Shown here piece by piece: positions 22,259 through 35,617 of a stretch of 64,000 nucleotides of DNA. The notes under the pieces were generated by a model. The model had not been told where the DNA came from, made no database searches, and worked only from the letters and a program-made list of their open reading frames with translations. The position numbers were made by a program, and so were the translations under genes. Within the stretch, counting starts at the first letter, position 1. The number at the start of each line of letters is the position of its first letter. Origin of the DNA: Laetmonice hystrix. Its lineage: Eukaryota. The stretch is taken from positions 37,326,001-37,390,000 of the forward strand of contig OZ249436.1 of the NCBI GenBank assembly GCA_965235115.1, in the 5' to 3' direction.

Positions 22259-25200
22259 TTTTTTTAAAATGTATTTTATAAAATGAATATCACTCTAGAT
22301 CACAGGCTACGTAACGCCTCGGGCAGTGGGAATCCCCAAACGTCTGAAAGACCGTTCTCGATTTGACGTCATTATCTGGTGCGGGTTTTGAATGGCATTT
22401 CGTTTCTAGGGCCGTTGCTATGGGCCGTTCTAATTAACGGGTGGACATAATAAAACGCACATTCAGTACATATCATGAGATGCCTTCTAAATGACAGGTG
22501 ACGGTACATCTTTAAACTAGTTAAAGGCTATAGATTCTACGTCGAGACTCCTTTGCTATAGCCTATTGAACAATAATTTGTTAGCAAAGTAATGTTATGA
22601 AAACCTGACTCACTAGGTCCATGGTACCCGTTGCTATGGAAATCTGCTTTGTCAGTCTATAGTTGCTAGGCGACAACATAGTTGCAGTCAAACACAATTT
22701 CTCGAGGCCAACGGAAGCCATCAGAGTGCATGCATGGAATTGGTCAACAAATAATTTGGTGAGGCCAGCCGATGATCGGGAATTCTGCTTGGCTGTTTAG
22801 GCTATGTCGGGGCTTCCGGGGCTTCCGTTGCTAGGCATATATGGGCCATAAACGTAGGCCTACTAAATACTGTTAGGCAAGGGTAATGTAATAAATATTA
22901 TGTCAATGAGTCAATTGATAACATAGAGTTCAAATAATATAGTTCGCATCCTCTTGAGGGCAGATTTATTTGGTTCATAATAGGCCCGTTTTTTAGGGAA
23001 GTCTGATTTATCTGGGCGGTTGCTAGGCAACAACACAGTTCCCACGTAAGTTAAATGACAAATTATGATATTCCGGAGCGAACGGAGCGAACGGAGCGAA
23101 CCATCTAGCTCGAATTTGTGTCGCGCATGGGGACTGCAAAAAGATCGTTCTTAGTCTTCGTTATAGGCCTACATAGGTTGCAGGGCTAACCTATATATTG
23201 ATTTTATAATTATAGACCCATGCATAGGCCCTATTATCCCAAACTATTCTCTCGTTTTCCGACCAAATATCATGCTAAAACGTAATATCATACCGGCGGA
23301 GGGCTTTCATGTTTTAAATAGTCGCTTAAATATTTTGAGGTGAACAATTTTTGGTATCGTACAGCCTGATGTCTGTGCACATTTCATAAAATGTGTTTAC
23401 GATTCCAATCATCGTGTCGAAGTCTCTCTCAACCTGATTTGCCTTAGCATGGAATCATGTCTCGGCTGCCTTGTTTTTGGCAGGGATATCATTTTAGTCA
23501 TTACAACCATGTCTCCCTCGATCGGCAGATATGAATAATTCAGCAATGAACAAACCTTTAAATAAGGCAGCTAGCCCTTTTACTGAATTACTGATGCATT
23601 AAACCTTCAAATCGACTACCCTTCAGATCCATAAACACGAGTGAGTTGTCTATGTCGCCAAATGGCGAAGATTCCAGATATGTGGTGGCTGGAGCCGTCT
23701 GACATCAATCAGGCTCGTATTGCCGTCTTGGAGAATGATGATGGAGCACCTTCACGGAACCGACGCCAACTCCATCCGGGCACACCTCCGATGGCCCGAT
23801 GTACAGGCTGACCGTTTCTTTAGCGACTCTTGTGGGAGTGATCGACAAGAGACGATGACAAGCGTAGTACCTCAGGATATTTGTTATATCAGTAAGGATC
23901 ATCAGCTGCTGTTCGGGAGGATGTCTGCTATTGGATCATAAAGAAATAAGTTTTGTTGGCTTAGACTGAGCCAGCGTCTTGAGTTAACCCCTAGGAATTA
24001 TGATCGATGCATGGCACTCGTATAAAATTTATGCTGAATGTTGCTACAAGCCTCTCGTTTTCTTAACATACTGACATGACGCAATGGTATCACTCACTGC
24101 TTTTGCAATTACGTTCCTCTTCTCGATATTAACTCCCATGACCCAAGAGTGTCATTTACATTCAAGGACAGTTCATGTTCGCCATATTATTAGGTAGCCT
24201 TGTCCTTTTGTGGCCTTTTATGGTGATACGTTATATAATGACCATGAATGGATCAACGTTAGATTTTTCGAGAGAAATTTTTGTTTTAAGCTGACAGGAC
24301 GACCCTACTTCCGGTGACTTTTCGATTCTGATGAATGATGATAGTAATGCAGCTACTGTATCCATATAGCGCTATATACAACAGCTGGAAATTGGGGATA
24401 TGGGATATGGTTATAAAAGTGTTACCTACGAAAAGGTGCGCCTCCGTATGGAATATGGCCTTATTGGCTTACTTTTTCGGCCAATTACGATCAAAGGCGA
24501 TAGCTTTATTTACATTTTTACATCATATTTAATTAAACTGATTCTAAATTAGATTCAAGCAACCACGTTAATGTACATTCTCTGGTGTGTTGTATCACTG
24601 ATAAAATAAATCGATATCAGCTGAGGAGAGAGGATACATGAAATATATCCAATTACTATGCGCTGAATATGTGCTTAGTATTGTGTATTATTATGCCTGA
24701 AAGTGCAAAAGGAGTTTATTGGACCACTACCCGAGTTCTTAATAATGGGTTTTTAGAGAAGATATGAGCCGCTGAGAGCTACTCTAGTTTTTTATGTCCT
24801 TACTACGTGTTGTAAATGTGCTTCCATAAAGAGCATTATCTTGTATGTTCGACGTATTAGTACACCGACCAGATTTAAGATCGTTTACTCTGCAACACGT
24901 TACTCTGTAACGTCTCAACACGAGAGGTCCGCCAGATTGTTAGGTTCTTTATCTCAGCCCAACAAAACATCTCTATCTCCTCTATATCCTTACGGGGTTT
25001 TTTCCATTTTTTAAAAGACCCATAGTTATAAGACCTGCAGCTGCTTTGATCTTAAGCTAAATGCAGGTCTTAGATTTTCAAAAAACGGGCACAGGATAAT
25101 TATTACATCTCGAATATTGTTCTTTTTATGGTGGTGCATGGTGTGGGTGGGGTGTTGGGGGAAGGGGGTGCCTGCTCGTGCCTTCGTACCGAAGCACCAT

Positions 25201-25642
25201 CTAAAATGATTTGCTGGAGACACCACCTCGTGAAGCACTATTCTTCAAATCAAGATACTGGATCTAATCCCTAACGACAGAGAATCGAATATCTGCCCAA
25301 GGAATCAAGAACGAGCGCAAAGACTAATAAATGGAAACGTCAAAATTTAATTTTCGGATAGGCGCGATTGAATCAACTACGGATCACAGAATGGACGACG
25401 ACGCGTCTGAAGGCAATGCAAACCGACTCCAGGCTTTGACTAGTTGTCTCCATCATTATTTTCTACTGGACTCCCACGTTCCTTGCAAGTAATTCAGAGA
25501 TCTCAAGGACAAACCATCCTCGGCCCAAGCCTCCGTGTTTTGTTACGAAATATAAGAATGTCTTGCCTCGAATTGTTCCACTCTGAACGGTGGATTCCGA
25601 GCGACAAATGTGATTATTTCTACAACTACTCTGACATCAATA

Positions 25643-25798
25643 AAGCCGGGTTTCTATGTGTCCGTTTCCGTCATACGTTTCCGTTATCTGTTTCCGATTA
25701 GATCGTGTATGCCTATTTTCTGTGGGAGCGTTTCCATGTGTACGTTTCGTAGATCGAATCGGAAACGGATAACGGAAACATACATGGAAACCTGGCTT
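25643..25798. mobile_element. Palindromic Harbinger-like MITE
   Basis: TIRs aagccgggtttctatgt / acatggaaacctggctt; internal inverted gtttccg/cggaaac arrays. Confidence 0.7.
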
Positions 25799-28700
25799 GG
25801 TAAGGTATAGGTCGATCTTGTTATGTTTCAGAGTCTACCTATAACCTCAACGCTTTGATGTTCCCATCACTTATAACTGACTGGAAAGATTTTGTCACAA
25901 AGTAATAATTTTTTTTTAAAAATCTTGTGGTCGGCAAAACAACAAGGAAAAATTGATTGGCTAAGGATCTTTTTTTAACCAGCATACATAAACGAGCCAA
26001 ACCATGCATAGAAATAAATTAATGAGACTTCAACTCCCCAAAAGATTAACGACATATCATTTATACCATAGAATAATAGGGAAAGAATAAGAACTGTTTT
26101 TGCATAACTACATTTTTTTTAGGTGAATGCCTGGTTTGATGCCTTCTCCACTTAATCCCAGATTCTAGTCTCCACAACTTCTTCCTCATAAAATAGTAGA
26201 ATACTTCCACGTTCAACAGCGATAATACGCGGGATGAAATATAATCCTCTTTCTCCATGAATCGTACTATCTCGAGAATGCATGGTTGAATGTTCATTTA
26301 TATGGCGTAATCTTCAAATAAATAGGTGTGGTTTTTTTCGAGCATATTGCTAATCCCAATCTTCGCTATTTTCCTCCATACGATGTACGACTCTTAACTG
26401 ACGCTATTTACAAAGTTGATGGACGACGATGTGTTACAATAAGGACAGATAAGCGTTATCTATAAATGCACTCTAAATAGCGCCACGGGCAATATATTAC
26501 GTCATGACATGTCCTTGAGTACGGGATGTACTTTAGTTCGAAGTGTGAATTAAGAATCGGCAGCTTTAGCCTAATAGAAAAAAAACCGTGTAATGGACAA
26601 TATTTTGATGCCCATACATGACCATTTGTATACATAAATTGAGTCACGGATTGTCATTTGTTTCAGAATTCAGTGATTAAAATATTGGTCGCATGCCAAA
26701 AAAAAAATTCATTCGTAAAGTAAGGTTTTAGGATTTCATTAACTAAAATTACATGGATGGCCGCCATGCAACTCATGTGTTGATTTCACCAAAGCACGGG
26801 ATTGAACAAATTAAAATCGTGTCCGTGCCATCCTTGACTATGTCCGTCAGATGGCGACAGTGTACACAGCCACCATCCACCCACACACAACACCCACAAC
26901 CAGCAGCCTGGGGCTCTGTTTGTCGCTTTCTATTTTGTGAAGTGCTAAAAATAGCAGAAAGCCCACACCAGCCGAAACATTCTTAGCACTGTTTCAGACC
27001 AACTGCAAATTACGTTTCAAATTGTATCCCTTCAAGCAATAATCTTTTCACATCTCCCGAGACATCCACCTTTTGCCAGTAATAAATATGTCTACGGTAA
27101 ATTATGTGGAATGGAAAACGGCAGTTTGCCAGTGTTCTTTGTTAATAGAGGTAGCCCTTCCAGACGAGGCAACAACACAATCGTCCGTAGGGGGTACGTG
27201 GAACGAGTATGTGGATTAGAGATAATCCCAGTGTATCTAGCCTAACTGGGAATCCTTGCGACCTCGGGGGATTAATCAGCCATACCGGCAAAACTTCCCT
27301 TTTATGTTAGCTGGGCGTACACAGGACCTGCCAAATTGTATTCATTGTCGCCATGGGAGAGATAGAGTTCTGGGGAGTGGGAGGCGCGACCACAATGTAG
27401 GCACAGCGCGTCCACACTGCATCAGTGTGAAGTCTAAATCAAATTAAAACCTTAATTATACTTAAGTGCATCTACAGACGATTGTTCTATCGCGTAGGTC
27501 TCTTATGGGTTGGAGTTTGTAGCAAAGCACCCGATAATAAGGTGTTTGTACAATCAAACAATCTTCAAGTGATGACAGCATGGTTCATATCCCAGATGCT
27601 GTGCATATTTCCTCCAAAGTAAAAATAAAACCGGATATGTATTTAATCTGCAAATTTTAGGGAAGAACCAACTTCAAAATGGTAAAGAGTTTACTTTGAG
27701 CTCCTGAGTACACACTTGCCACTATGAGAATTCCTTTTCTTTTTTTTATCACGACCAGTCACCCCCCCCCCTTCCAACACCAAAAAACGAAGTATTCGCT
27801 GTCGATAATATCCTCTTTTTCTGATGAGGGTATTGTCAATTTTATTGGATCAGAAGAAACACTGACTTATCCAGCTGGCTGCTGCCAACTGCCCTTCAAA
27901 TCACAGTCTTTTACATCGGCACCGCACCCTTACAGTGGATCAGTCTCAGTTTGGCCGAAGCTAAAATTAGATAGTCCATTGATTTGGCTCGGGGCCGGAT
28001 GACTCTGCCTCGCTCCCCCTAAACCTGATACGAATACGGAAATCTGAATACCAAACGCTTAATATGTTGTTCATTGATGGTAGAAACCATCATTACGGTT
28101 CCCGAACACGGACACGGCATCAATACACTAATACACGTTAACACCTTGTTATATATCCCATATCATGTTCATAATGACCATCCGCATCATTACACATATT
28201 AATTTTCTGACAAGGATACGTCATGTTAATTACTGAAGGAGGAACAGATCCTGCATATAATATTCTTACTCCAGTAATCCTGGAAACTGTGAACGCTCAG
28301 AGAGAACAGATTGCTGCGTGCCTCTTGGGACCACATCTTCGCTTTATAAAGTAGATTTTAATTCTATAATATCTTAAAGTCCTCTGACAAAGGTTGATTA
28401 TCGAATTGAATGCAAGCGACCCCTAAATTCCTCATTTTCTGCCATTCGAATCTATATAGCGCTTATTATTGATGTCAAATGGGCAGACCAGAAATTTGCA
28501 TTTTTCCAAATAAAACGTCATCTAAATGTATGGGAGGGACGTTTTTACCTCAGGTATCGACGCTGAGCAGCAATAGAGTTTACGGCCCCTTTTTGCTTCA
28601 GTTTGGCGCAGCGATCCCAAGTCGGGAAAACACGCGCCGCCTCTAACCGATAAGGGAGACTCTCTTTAGTTCAACGTGCGTTTAGGGCCGTTCCACCGGT

Positions 28701-28844
28701 GTTTGTCTGAACCCCAAAGTTTATGGTCTCATGTTAACCGCCCATCCTTCAGTCCTCTCGAGATTCTACCGTTTGTTCAAAGTCTGCGCACGTCCGGTTG
28801 CATTACAACGGAGAAGAAACAGTTCAATACATGTACTTGTCTTT

Positions 28845-29016
28845 ATGCGGGGTTCTCACTTTCACGGTTCGTTGTGCCGGAAGTCCACGATTTATATCCG
28901 TCATTATCCGTGGTCGATCCGTTCTGCGCACGTGGACAGCCAAATCACACCGGTTTTACCACGGTTCAAAACTGTAGCAATCCGGCACCGAAACCGTGAA
29001 AGTGAGAACTACGCAT
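28845..29016. mobile_element. Inverted-repeat element (MITE-like)
   Basis: atgcggggttctcactttcacggttcgttgtgccgga versus tccggcaccgaaaccgtgaaagtgagaactacgcat. Confidence 0.6.
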
Positions 29017-31308
29017 CACTCAACTGAATACATGTTGATGAAAACTGCTTTATTGGAAAAGTGTAAAGATCTGATATTACACGACTTAATATATTTTTTT
29101 TTAAATATTGTCATATCATGGAGATAATATTCTGAATTGTGTTCATGTACGTTAAGTGTAAAAGTTTAATCATTAAATTAAAAAAATAACATATCAAATA
29201 GCACTCTCATGACCTTTAATTATGTATGGCGGATTAACAATGGCGTTATTGTACTGATTCCGCCCAACAAGAGTGAAAACTGGTAACGTTATCCCCGTAT
29301 CAACTTTTAATAATAAAGGTTAATATAATATTTCTCCACTATAATAACGGCACAAATATTGGCAAACAGAAGCCAGAAAACTACTAATGTAAGCAGGTCA
29401 GAGAAGAACACTGAATATAGAAAACAGAACAAAACCTACTTCAGGTTAGGTACCCAATAAATATTGTCCTGTCATAATCTGCTTAATACCAGAGCGAACT
29501 GTCAACCAGTCATCAACACTGGCGGATGGGGGGGGGGGGTCAGGGGGTTCCATGCACACCCCTTGTGGCAACACTTTTCCCTATAGAACTTTCTGAATTG
29601 ACCATGGTGACCCCCGCTCCTCCTTTAGGAAATTCTACCACTGCCCCCCCCCCTTTACCAAAATCCTAGATCCACCCCCGATCAGTGTCTAAAGTAAATA
29701 TAGATAGTTTGGCGATCCATATCATTAATTAATAGCCCCCACCCGCTATGACATAGCGATTTTAGAATGCTATTAATGCAGACTCAGATAAAATATGCCT
29801 GTGATTACCGTGAAAATTTACGGTAGGGGAGGGCTAGAAGGTCAGGCCACCGAAAAAACAAAAATATCTACTCCACCCCCTCCGACTGACTATACATCTT
29901 CGCGAGACGAAAAAAAAACGACCTTTGGAAAACAGTTTTACTCTAGCAGCCACCGAGGTTAAGGATTCTATCCTTAATCACTCACGACTGTAAACCCGAT
30001 TCGGAGACCGATTAGCCCAGTCTGATCGATCTTAGTAAATGGACAAGCTCAGTCCGGGGTTTAATTGATGGAATTTCCAACGTGACGGGAGATGTGGTTG
30101 AGCGCCACTGATAGCAGCCAACCAATCACCGTCCAGAGAGTCTACATTCTCCAGAATGCCACCAATTCAATCTCTGTTAATTGGCAGTTATTGTTTTCAA
30201 TTGCAATTAATGATGAACAGTTGCCTTGGGGCGTAAATCACTGATTAACAATCTATTTAGAAGGGATAGGAATACTGCTACGGAAATGGGAATACTAAAA
30301 CCACGCTAGATCCACCAGTCGCCTAATTTCCTGTCAGATTACTGGTGCAATGGAAGCCGTGCATATCGTGGTTTCCTGGCAGGGCTAAGTTATGAGCCAT
30401 TGTCTGAGAAAGAAAATGAAAATTTAATTATGTGGATTATGACACTTACACACATAATAATACAGGAATAAAATTACGCCAATTTAATGGGGTGAGGGGG
30501 GATGTTTTTACCAGGATATTTCAAGAAGGTGTCGGATGATACATTCAAAAACATATTATACATTGACGACATTAAGCCATTGCCTGCTGAAGCAGTTACT
30601 ATATGCTGTTCATAAAAACAAGTTGAAAGTAAATTCACCTGCTATTATTATTCATTATTTTTTAATCGAGAAATTACCTTAACATTATAGTTAGGTACAG
30701 AAAAAATGGTTTAGTTAGTATTTGTAAATCGCAACTTTCATCTTGATTTGTTTAGAATTTTAAGTTATTCTACTTAGTCGGTTTGTTGGTTATTTTCTAC
30801 ATTTTTCTGTTTCAGGAGTCCACATAAAACCCCCACATGGATGCTGCCAACAGCTCAATAGGGACTCTGTCTAACCATCTTCACCGGTTTCGGAAACAAT
30901 ACATAGCGAAAATAAAATGGATCCGTGTCCAGTGAACCCCAAGTATAATATATATATCGTCGTTGATGTCGGTCGTGTTGTGAATTCTCTGTAAACTACT
31001 TAGAATGATAAACGATGGCCTGGAACATTTCTCTGTATTTTATGTATAGAATTAAGTATATTTCTACTTTTCTTTTAGTCCATATATTACTACTAAATTA
31101 TGTCTTAAAGTTCTTCTTAACATCCATCAACACCTTCACGTCCTTCAGTAGATCACTGAAAAAGACTGCTGCAAGTAAGTGAATGGGATATAGAATATCG
31201 ATTACATTTTTTGCAGACTTATTTTGCGTTAATAAATCAATAGGTATACTGAAATCACGTACTTTTTTCAAGCCTATATATACGTAGGAATTTCCATAAC
31301 TCTCACTA

Positions 31309-31404
31309 AATATAGTGTCAGGTGGATTAAGCTAGATATCTGAGTATTACTTTTTTAATATAGTGTCAGGTGGATTAAGCTAGATATCTTAGTATTACTT
31401 TTTT
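31309..31404. repeat. Tandem duplication, 2 x 48 bp
   Basis: aatatagtgtcaggtggattaagctagatatct(g/t)agtattactttttt twice, one mismatch. Confidence 0.9.
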
Positions 31405-32532
31405 ATATAGCCATGAATTCATTAAAACGCCAGCTCCAGCTACTCAGAGCAAAGAGGCCTTGATTTCTTTTTGCTATTAAACTCATTGAAATTTGCACAA
31501 GTATGATAATGGTCTCTGCAACGTTATGATTGATCTGCTATATCTCACCTGGCGTTGACCGTGAAATCCAACGCTTCCTTCATTACAGTGTGCCAGATGA
31601 CCCTCCCATTAGCATAGTCAATCGTTTCATTAATTGCCTATTCAGATTCCATGGAAATCAATGCCTCTCAGATCTTTTATATCTGGCTGCAGTGTTTATT
31701 TTTTAAATCCAGTCAGTTTGGAGTTGATAAAGCTCTTTAGTCTGTTTGTGTCACAGTTGGCCAGGTGGGCCGTCGTTCGGGTGACCATCTCAAGGTCACC
31801 CATGTCCAGGACAGGACATACTCCTCCGGATGGCCTTTGCCCTGGCAGCACAGCTGGGAGTGCTGTCCACTTGGGTACACAATAATGCAATCAGGCGGAC
31901 GATTAGGTTAATTTCCATTGGCAGCCACGGACAGAAAAACTATTAACATGCATTGGACGGGCAGCTGCATAAATACACCGCAATGCCTCAAACTATCTGG
32001 TCAGAGTATTTGTATTTGCATGTACTTTCGTTGCTCAAACATTTTCACTGCCGGTGCCCTGTGGATGGGCCTCTGTGCAGGTATAGTAGGTCAGACGTGT
32101 ATATTCAAAAATATCTTCTGAGGTATGACACACTATTTATCACCGAAGAGTTCTCAAAATTGAGGCAAACTGGAGCTGTGTCTGGTAGTTTTTAGCGTTT
32201 TCCTTTTTTTGGAATATATACAAGAAAACGACCATCCTTACATATACACGTATTGCGGAAGAGACAACTCGCTAGGGAAATCCATTCTTTGACTGTGAAC
32301 TCTTCTCTTCTGGTTACCCCACGAAAACACGTCGCGTGAAATTAAGAACTAGAGTAACATTACAAGGACCTTTCGACCAGAAAAAACATGTGCAGCTTCA
32401 AAAAGTACTGATAACCAACCTAATTTCTCATGACTCTAATCAGAGACCTGGGTAGGCCAACTCCTATAGATTAGGCAAAGAAAAGCTGAAATGATGTCCC
32501 CTTTCACATAATTATAAAACAAATAGCCTTTA

Positions 32533-32536
<4 letters not shown>

Positions 32537-32618
<82 letters not shown>

Positions 32619-32647
32619 GCTCTCACTCTCTCCCTCCCTCCCTCCCT
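32537..32647. repeat. (CT)n microsatellite; a second degenerate tract at ~32810-32895
   Basis: Direct reading. Confidence 0.95.
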
Positions 32648-33403
32648 ATATTGAAAGTCGGGTGTTAACCCTGATCACGTGTGCCTACAGCTCCTTAGAA
32701 TTGCTCGCGATTGCTATCACCTAGCAACACGCAGGACCGATTGATATTGTTTAGGGTGTTGAGACCATTGAGACTGATGACTTAAATTTGGCCCTCGTCT
32801 CTCGATGACTCTTCTCTCTCTCGTCGTCGCTCTCTATCTCTCTCTGTCTCTCTGTTTCTCTGTCTATCTCTCTGTGGGTCTCTCTCTGTCTCTATTCTCA
32901 TTTGACTAGGCGGCCGACCTTGCCCAAGTTTCGGATGTGACAGATCAGGTCTGGCAATATCGCCTCCCGGCTCAATCCGCCTGAACGTGGAGGCCCTTGT
33001 AGACGGTGCTCTCAATAGTTCTTCTATTGTCACGATACGAACCTCCGCCTCGGGAAATCCTACTCGGGAAAAGGTCGACAGTCAATGCCTGAATTCCTGA
33101 GCGGATTGCACGAGGAGCAGAGGGCGAAATAATAAATCGATGTAGCCTGCAATGACCCATGCATTCTCCAGGTCAGGTCAAACCTCTCGCCTACCCATTC
33201 CAGGGGGAGTTTCTGTTTTCCGTGTTGTAACTTGCTGGCGTGGATCTGACTCTTCGAGTCAGGGAGTAGAAAGATTCGACGTCGTGCAATCAAAACGACA
33301 GCCAGGAAACTATTGATCGCAGTTCAGGGATAGGGTAGTCGGTCTGGTGGAGGACATGGGTGGTTTAATTGTGATATGGTTGCCTTTTAAAATATGACGA
33401 GTT

Positions 33404-34189
33404 GATATCAGACCGACAAGTTGTGGCTTATGGACCGTTTCATCTGTGGAATCCATAACGTGAGATATCAGACCGACAAGTTGTGGCTTATGAACAGTTT
33501 CATCTGTGGAATCCATAACGTGAGATATCAGACCGACAAGTTGTGGCTTATGAACAGTTTCATCTGAGGAATCCATAACGTGAGATATCAGACCGACAAG
33601 TTGTGGCTTATGAACCGTTTCATCTGTGGAATCCATAACGTGAGATATCAGACCGACAAGTTGTGGTTTATGAACCGTTTCATCTGTGGAATCCATAACG
33701 TGAGATATCAGACCGACAAGTTGTGGCTTATGGACCGTTTCATCTGTGGAATCCATAACGTGAGGTATCAGACCGACAAGTTGTGGCTTATGAACCGTTT
33801 CATCTGTGGAATCCATAACGTGAGATATCAGACCGACAAGTTGTGGCTTATGGACCGTTTCATCTGTGGAATCCATAACGTGAGATATCAGACCGACAAG
33901 TTGTGGCTTATGGACCGTTTCATCTGTGAAATCCATAACGTGAGGTATCAGACCGACAAGTTGTGGCTTATGAACCGTTTCATCTGTGGAATCCATAACG
34001 TGAGATATCAGACCGACAAGTTGTGGCTTATGGACCGTTTTATCTGTGGAATCCATAACGTGAGATATCAGACCGACAAGTTGTGGCTTATAACCGTTTC
34101 ATCTGTGGAATCCATAACGTGAGATATCAGACCGACAAGTTGTGGCTTATGGACCGTTTCATCTGTGGAATCCATAACGTGAGATATCA
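33404..34189. repeat. Tandem array of 13 near-identical 60-bp units
   Basis: Unit gatatcagaccgacaagttgtggcttatg(g/a)accgtttcatctgtggaatccataacgtga; one unit is 59 bp; array starts and ends on gatatca. Confidence 0.97.
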
Positions 34190-35042
34190 CAAAAGGAACA
34201 ACCGGTGCTCAAAGTAGGCGGAGACGCACGAGGATGGGGAGTGTGCATTTACGGGTTGGAATGGGTAAGTAAACAGTCCAGCCGCCATGGGAACGTGTCG
34301 TTAGAGATAGGCCTAGAGTTATTCCGAGTAGGCCTGCCTTTAGTCCGACAGACTCTTATACCTATCTACTATAGGGACCTACTACCTCGGAGGACACCGG
34401 AGTGGGATAGAGCCTCTCGGTCTAGCCTGCCTTTTGAATACCGACAGACAGGTCTAGTTTTCAGAGCGGTCGGATATAGTATAGAACTAAAATCTGCCCA
34501 CACCGTGAAACATTGTAGGCCTAAATGTTTCCCCGTGACTGAAAAATAAATCTTGATTTGTGAAGGTCGCTTTATACGTTCTTTCAAAAGTGAAACAATT
34601 GTTTACGTGTTTTTTTTGGACTGCAAAAATAGGTTATATTTCATAGATTGACTATCATATTCGGCAAACACGGATGCAAATTGTTTACATAGTGTCTCTT
34701 ACAGGGTTCGAGAGTGCCATTTCAAAATGAACGAGGTCGAAATAATCTGGCCCCGTCTCCGGCAACCTCGGATCGGTCATACTATAAGCTGATTTACCCA
34801 ATGTTACTTCTTGATAGTGCGAGGAATAGCTTGGCAATCGGATCATTTATCTTAATAACATAGAATAGTACCTACATAATTATTATGAATCTTTAACCCT
34901 GCCAGAACGGGGTTTACAAATCCCAATACCCAATGACCCTGAAAGTGCCCCACGGCCAATCGTTCCTAGGCTGGCCAACGGGAAGAAATTATTGATTCTC
35001 GGGCAAAAAACGCACCCCCTCCCCCTCTTAAAGAGGCGCATG

Positions 35043-35617
35043 AAGTGTATCCGCGAATGTACTATCCGCGGATGTTCCCGATTCTAAATTGTCCAGGAAA
35101 TGAGTATTTTTCTCTCAATTTCACGTGAACCATAGTTGGAGCTTCAAATCTTTCTCCAGCATCAATGGATCCAGAAACTCGATATTCAGTGCAGGAGAGG
35201 GTCAGGATTGTCGTTGTCTATTTTGCGACGAAATCAATCGACTCGACGACAATTAAGGAGGGACTTTCCAGAAAGAAATGCTCCTAGTAGACTCAGAGTT
35301 AGGCATCTCCTGGATAATAATAAAGGTGACAGTGGCCGGCCACGGTCTGCTAGGACGGCAAACAACATTGAGACTCTGAGACAACGTTTGGCGGAATCAC
35401 CAAGGAAATCAGGAGGCAAACACCTCGATTTTTGATTTCCTAAAATAGGCCTCAACAATCCTGACCCTCTCCTGGACTCAATGTCGAGTTTCTGGATCCA
35501 TTGACGCTGGTCGATAAAACTTGGAAGCTCCAACTATGGTTCGCCTGAAATTGAGGAAAGAAATTGCTGGAAATGACAACAATTTAGAATTGGTAACATT
35601 TTCTGGACCACCCCTTA
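35043..35617. mobile_element. Foldback Tc1/mariner-derived element carrying a transposase N-terminal remnant
   Basis: Inverted arms ~35072-35237 / ~35432-35599. From ATG 35165: MDPETRYSVQERVRIVVVYFATKS, then frameshifted RRQLRRDFPERNAPSR...SGRPRSARTANNIETLRQRLAESPRKS (DUF4817-type HTH). Right end tggaccacccct-TA. Confidence 0.8.

Noticed and set aside
33310..34122. 248-aa and 180-aa repeat ORFs as genes; array as CRISPR
   Set aside because: Head-to-tail 60-bp units with no unique spacers, no cas genes, eukaryotic context; one unit has a 1-bp deletion
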